A stretch of 20,000 bases of DNA from an uncultured virus (IMG/VR IMGVR_UViG_3300027760_000001) (Duplodnaviria > Heunggongvirae > Uroviricota > Caudoviricetes), in the IMG/VR virus record IMGVR_UViG_3300027760_000001. One strand, written 5' to 3'. Positions 15,912 through 20,000 of this stretch are shown piece by piece. The notes beneath the pieces were generated by a model. It was given only the letters and a program-made list of their open reading frames with translations. It did not search any database and was not told where the DNA came from. The translations under genes were made by a program, and so were the position numbers. Every line of letters begins with the position of its first letter. The stretch's first letter is position 1.

Positions 15912-18900
15912 ATGGCTGCGCCTGAACTTCGGCTGTCAGTTGGACTTGACTTGGAGTTCTTTCGTGGTCAAATGCGAAAGGCGGTTAATATTGCCCAGAG
16001 CGAGTTCACTGCTCAACTGGCAGTTCGTATAGACAGAAATAAGCTAAATACTGAATTAAATAACTTACAAAAGGCTATAAAAAGAAGGACATATCGCATT
16101 GAAATTGGCGGCAATTTAGACGCAGCTCCAAGTAAAATCAATGCGCTTAGGCAGGCTTTACAGGCCCTTGAGGGAACAAAAGCAGAAATTGGTGTTGGCG
16201 GCATTGCGTCAATCAACACAAAAGAAGCTCGCAAAATTCGCACCGCATTACGAGCATCCATGTTGGGAGCAGGCGGAAAAATCCTCATTCCCACTTCCAT
16301 TGTCCCCTCCATTACCAATGCTGATGTTACGGCATTTAAGAAAGCAGTAGAAGGAAAGCTTTCTGGCATAAAGGTAAATGTTGGAATAAAAGGGGGAGAT
16401 CCATCTGGAACTAGCACTGGTGCGGCTGGGCTTTATGAATATATGCGCGGCCAAGGCATGTCTGGCGGCAACATGCCAGGTGCCACTTCCGTTGGTAGAT
16501 CTGAGCGACTAAGGAAAGCCCTTGAAAAGCAAACAGTCAAACAATTAAATGAACTTGCAAAAGGGCAGGGATTATCAGGATACACCAAGTTAAAGAAAGA
16601 CCCGTTAATCAATAAGCTAATTGCTGAGCTTGGTAACGATGCCGCCGAGGCTTTACTTGGCAATATCAAGATGCAAATGCGCGGCGCGGGCAGCAGCCCA
16701 ATTAAGCGTTCGTTTCTTGATCAAATTGCACGAGCTGTATTTTTCATGGCAGGGGTTGATCCCTCTCAGCTTCGTGCGCAACAACAAAGAGCACTCTCCA
16801 AACGTCGAAGACTACCAAATATTGACTGGTCTAGTTCTGTTCCCCCACGACAGGGACCTTCCATTGGACCTTCTTCAACAGGAAGAGCTTTGCCTCCAGC
16901 TTGGAGAGGCTTGCCAGGCACGTCTTTCTCTTCCCAAAAGTTACTACTAGGCGATCTCTTGACTCCTTCCATGAAGGGGTCTATCAGAGATGCGGCCAAT
17001 GCTTTTGTTGATGGTATTCGCCAAAATATGAATGCCACGATTCGACAAATAAAATTTGCGGATTTAGGAGGAGTCACGCGAAGAGCATTATCTCCTCAAC
17101 ATATTGCAGGGCTTCTTCCTGCCGGAGTCGGAAGAGAAGCCCAAAGATACGCGACTGGGGCCATAGGAGGAGAATCCAGGGATCAGATGATGGCACGGCG
17201 TACAGCCGAAGCCTACGCTCGTTCTGCCTTCAGAAGCATGGATGTTATGGGAGGCGGTACTGGACGACCAGCATCTCCTTACAGCTATGCATATCGAGGG
17301 GCGCGACCACAGGGAGCTATTGTTCCCTACGCAGCGCCTGGTGCCATTGTTCCGGCGGGGACAACGGCCCAGGCGGCACCAACAGGGAGCAGAGGCGGTG
17401 GAATGGCTATGGGAGGGACTGCTGGAGGATTAAGCATTCCCAATCTTCCTGGAACTGGCATTGTGCAGTCACTTGGCACTGAGTTTGCTTTTGCTGCAAA
17501 ACAAGTGTTGTTATTCGGCACTGCATACAAAGCTTTGTCTTTCTTGACTGGCTTCCCCCAGCAAGTTGGAGATGCCGTTGGGGCATTGCAAAGCTTTAGG
17601 AATACTCTTAAGGCAATATCGCCATCAGCAGGCGAGGCCGCTGCGTCTTCCCAGTTCATCCTTGATGTTGTTCAAAAATATAATGTTCCGCTACAGTCTG
17701 CTCGCGATGGTTTTACAAAACTTTACGCTTCTATGCAGCCAGCAGGTTTTAGTGGAAATGAAATTCGCGATTTGTTCCTGAGCATTAGCCAAGCTGCTGC
17801 CACTTTTGGCATGAGTGCAGATAAAGTTGATCGCGTAAATTATGCCTTTGCTCAGATGGCTAGCAAAGGGCAAGTGATGAGTGAAGAGTTAAAAGGACAA
17901 TTGGGAGATGTTCTTCCTGGGGCCATGGCAATCTTTGCGGAAGCTGCTGGCTTCAAAGGGCCAGAGGCTATTACAAAATTCTCAAAAGCATTAGAAGATG
18001 GCGCCTATAAAGGAGTTGCGATGAAAACTCTGCTTACAAACGTAAGCATGATCATGAAGCAAGAGTTTGGCCCAGGGGCAGAAGGTGCTGCGAGAACGTT
18101 CCAGGGGTCTATGAACAGAATGCAAAACTCTCTTAAGCTTCTTTACGAAGCCTTTGAGCCAGTTGCTGTTGGCTTCTTAAATTCTGTGGTCATGCCAATG
18201 ACCGATGGAATTAAGACTATCTCTGATGGATTTACTGCATTCTTTTCTGGCGTGGCCGCAAAAACATCTGGAGGTTTTGCCATTGCTCAAGAGCTAGAAA
18301 AATTAAAACCTGCTTTTGACGGTATCAGGGCCAATGTTGCGGCACTAGCACCAACTCTGCAGGGTCTTGCGAATGTATTACTAGGAGTCAGCAAGGCTTT
18401 CCTTCAAATTGCAGGCAACCCGTTTGTTGGATACGTGGCACGAGTGTATCTCAATGTGCTGCTATTAACTACAGCCATTCAAGTGCTAAATCTACGAGCA
18501 CTTGTTCCTTTAATTGCAAGTTTTGCAAGATCAGCTTATGCTCTTATTGCTTTTAATATTCAATGCGTCCGTGCTGGGCAAGGAGCAGCTATCGCTGGTC
18601 TTCAATTCCGAACTGCTGGCTTAACTTTAAGGACATTTTTTGCGACCACTGGAGTGGGGCTAGTTCTTGTTGGCATTGGTCTTTTGATTGAGCGATTCCT
18701 GAGCATGAATCAGGCTTTAGCCGATACTAAAGAAAAAGCGCTAGGGGCCGCAAGCGCTATTCGCAATATGTCACAAACAGAAGCCAGGCAAGCTGAAAAC
18801 CAAGCTGCAATGGATGTCAAAACACTTCAAGCTTTGCAAGCAAGACCTAATCAAGGAAAAGGAGATATTGCCATTAGCAGCAAAGAAGAAGATGCACTAA

Positions 18901-20000
18901 AAAGAGCTGGTGTCAAAACCGGTCGGATGGTGATGGGATCACCCGCTGTGCCTGGATCTTTGCCAGACATAGCAGGATATGGACAAAAATCTGTAGATGT
19001 CACACAAATACAAGGCGCCATATTAGCGCGTCAGCAAATTGCAGCAACTGCTGCTAGGCAAATTACTGATTTACAGTTTCAAGAAAAGCAGGCGCAAAGT
19101 CCAGCCAATCTTTCTCCGATCTCACCATCAGCAGAAAAAACAAAGAAAGAAAGTCTTGAAAGTTATTACAGCTTTGCAGACCAACTTTCAAAGGCTCAAA
19201 TGCAAACTGATATTGAACGAATCCAGAGCGGCTTTGACCATAGATTTAAGCTTCTTAATTCCTATTACGATCTGCAAGAAGCCCGCGCTAATAGCTTCCA
19301 GAAGATTACTATTTCTTTTCAAAAAGAACTTCTCGCCATTGAACAAGAGAGACAGCAGGCTTCTATTAGCGCTCAGGCAGCAGTAATGAAAGCGCAAAGT
19401 AGTGTTGCCGGAGGAGTTGCTTCGACTGCCATGGTTGGTGGTGGAATGACGCCTGTAGTTGCAGGAAGTGGCACTGGCTTTAGTAGCGCGCAATTGCAAA
19501 GAGCAACAAGTGCAGCAGCTAAGTTTAACGGGATTGCCAATATGTGTAGCGAATCTGTCAAGACTTTTTATAAGAGCCTTGGCATTACATTGCCTGGGGT
19601 GACAGCATGGGCAGATACGGTCAGAATGGCTGGCAAAACAATGACAGACTGGAGCAAATTAAAAGCAGGCGATATTGTTGCGACTGGTCGTCCAGGTGAC
19701 ACCCCTCACGTTGGTGTTTATACCGGCGGAGAAAATGTATTTCACCAAAGTAGCAGGAGAGGCTTGAGGGCTGGAAATTATCCAGATTTGAATTATTTTA
19801 AGCAAGGTGGGTATTTTGTTAGGCCAAACGCTACCGGAGGCGCGGGCGCTCCTCGCAAAGTGCCAAGCAGTGAAAAAAGAGATTTAATGGCACAACAAGA
19901 AGCAAGTAATGCCTTAATTGATCAAGGAACGATTGAGCTTCGCGCACAAGAAATCGCGGCTAAAAAAACAGAAATTGCATTCCTAAATTATGTTGCGGCC
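15912..20000 (+). CDS. Tape measure protein (>1363 aa, 3'-truncated) with Rho-N-like and NlpC/P60 domains
   Basis: ATG at 15912 (MAAPELRLSVGLD...), open to the window end; tape-measure motif AFAQMASKGQVMSEELKGQLGDVLPGA near 17844-17924; hydrophobic segments near 18420-18700; NlpC/P60 Cys-His-His near 19545-19745. Confidence 0.93.
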   Translation, partial: MAAPELRLSVGLDLEFFRGQMRKAVNIAQSEFTAQLAVRIDRNKLNTELNNLQKAIKRRTYRIEIGGNLDAAPSKINALRQALQALEGTKAEIGVGGIASINTKEARKIRTALRASMLGAGGKILIPTSIVPSITNADVTAFKKAVEGKLSGIKVNVGIKGGDPSGTSTGAAGLYEYMRGQGMSGGNMPGATSVGRSERLRKALEKQTVKQLNELAKGQGLSGYTKLKKDPLINKLIAELGNDAAEALLGNIKMQMRGAGSSPIKRSFLDQIARAVFFMAGVDPSQLRAQQQRALSKRRRLPNIDWSSSVPPRQGPSIGPSSTGRALPPAWRGLPGTSFSSQKLLLGDLLTPSMKGSIRDAANAFVDGIRQNMNATIRQIKFADLGGVTRRALSPQHIAGLLPAGVGREAQRYATGAIGGESRDQMMARRTAEAYARSAFRSMDVMGGGTGRPASPYSYAYRGARPQGAIVPYAAPGAIVPAGTTAQAAPTGSRGGGMAMGGTAGGLSIPNLPGTGIVQSLGTEFAFAAKQVLLFGTAYKALSFLTGFPQQVGDAVGALQSFRNTLKAISPSAGEAAASSQFILDVVQKYNVPLQSARDGFTKLYASMQPAGFSGNEIRDLFLSISQAAATFGMSADKVDRVNYAFAQMASKGQVMSEELKGQLGDVLPGAMAIFAEAAGFKGPEAITKFSKALEDGAYKGVAMKTLLTNVSMIMKQEFGPGAEGAARTFQGSMNRMQNSLKLLYEAFEPVAVGFLNSVVMPMTDGIKTISDGFTAFFSGVAAKTSGGFAIAQELEKLKPAFDGIRANVAALAPTLQGLANVLLGVSKAFLQIAGNPFVGYVARVYLNVLLLTTAIQVLNLRALVPLIASFARSAYALIAFNIQCVRAGQGAAIAGLQFRTAGLTLRTFFATTGVGLVLVGIGLLIERFLSMNQALADTKEKALGAASAIRNMSQTEARQAENQAAMDVKTLQALQARPNQGKGDIAISSKEEDALKRAGVKTGRMVMGSPAVPGSLPDIAGYGQKSVDVTQIQGAILARQQIAATAARQITDLQFQEKQAQSPANLSPISPSAEKTKKESLESYYSFADQLSKAQMQTDIERIQSGFDHRFKLLNSYYDLQEARANSFQKITISFQKELLAIEQERQQASISAQAAVMKAQSSVAGGVASTAMVGGGMTPVVAGSGTGFSSAQLQRATSAAAKFNGIANMCSESVKTFYKSLGITLPGVTAWADTVRMAGKTMTDWSKLKAGDIVATGRPGDTPHVGVYTGGENVFHQSSRRGLRAGNYPDLNYFKQGGYFVRPNATGGAGAPRKVPSSEKRDLMAQQEASNALIDQGTIELRAQEIAAKKTEIAFLNYVAA

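Larger units (their letters stand above)
1..20000 (+). mobile_element. Tailed phage (Caudoviricetes) head-neck-tail morphogenesis region, likely siphovirus
   Basis: Co-oriented, tightly packed genes in portal, minor head, protease/scaffold, decoration, capsid, neck, tail tube, chaperone, tape measure order; no host housekeeping genes. Confidence 0.97.

Noticed and set aside
16013..19561. Short ORF-track ORFs in the last 4 kb
   Set aside because: All lie within the open tape measure frame starting at 15912, which the track omitted because it has no stop in the window
1..20000. CRISPR arrays, tRNAs, introns, DGR repeats or stop-codon recoding
   Set aside because: No repeat arrays or RNA-gene signatures seen by eye; genes end normally at TAA, TAG and TGA under the standard code

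Overview
A 20 kb piece of the virion-morphogenesis region of a tailed dsDNA phage. It is probably a siphovirus, since no sheath gene lies in the window. Sparse Shine-Dalgarno use and short TANNNT-type leaders suggest a cyanobacterial or similar host (inference only). Gene order on +: DUF1073-type portal (5'-truncated), MuF-like minor head protein, a six-gene glycosyltransferase/methyltransferase cassette, an antisense HNH endonuclease, small head-accessory genes, a divergent XRE regulator, DUF2213 protease/scaffold, decoration protein, DUF2184-type major capsid, neck proteins, tail tube, tail completion proteins, tail assembly chaperone with a -1 frameshift, and a tape measure protein (15912 to window end, absent from the ORF track) with Rho-N-like and NlpC/P60 domains. 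Most striking: (1) a second, non-tail -1 frameshift signal (G GGA AAG, 6-nt spacer, 9-bp hairpin, 8304-8341) that would fuse a DUF6496-like protein to a downstream conserved domain; (2) that protein carries a copy of the scaffold's C-terminal motif; (3) [KR]xD[A/D/S] motifs recur at domain boundaries of head proteins. Together these suggest a system that loads small basic domains into the capsid and releases them by proteolysis. Family names come from motif recognition, not database searches.
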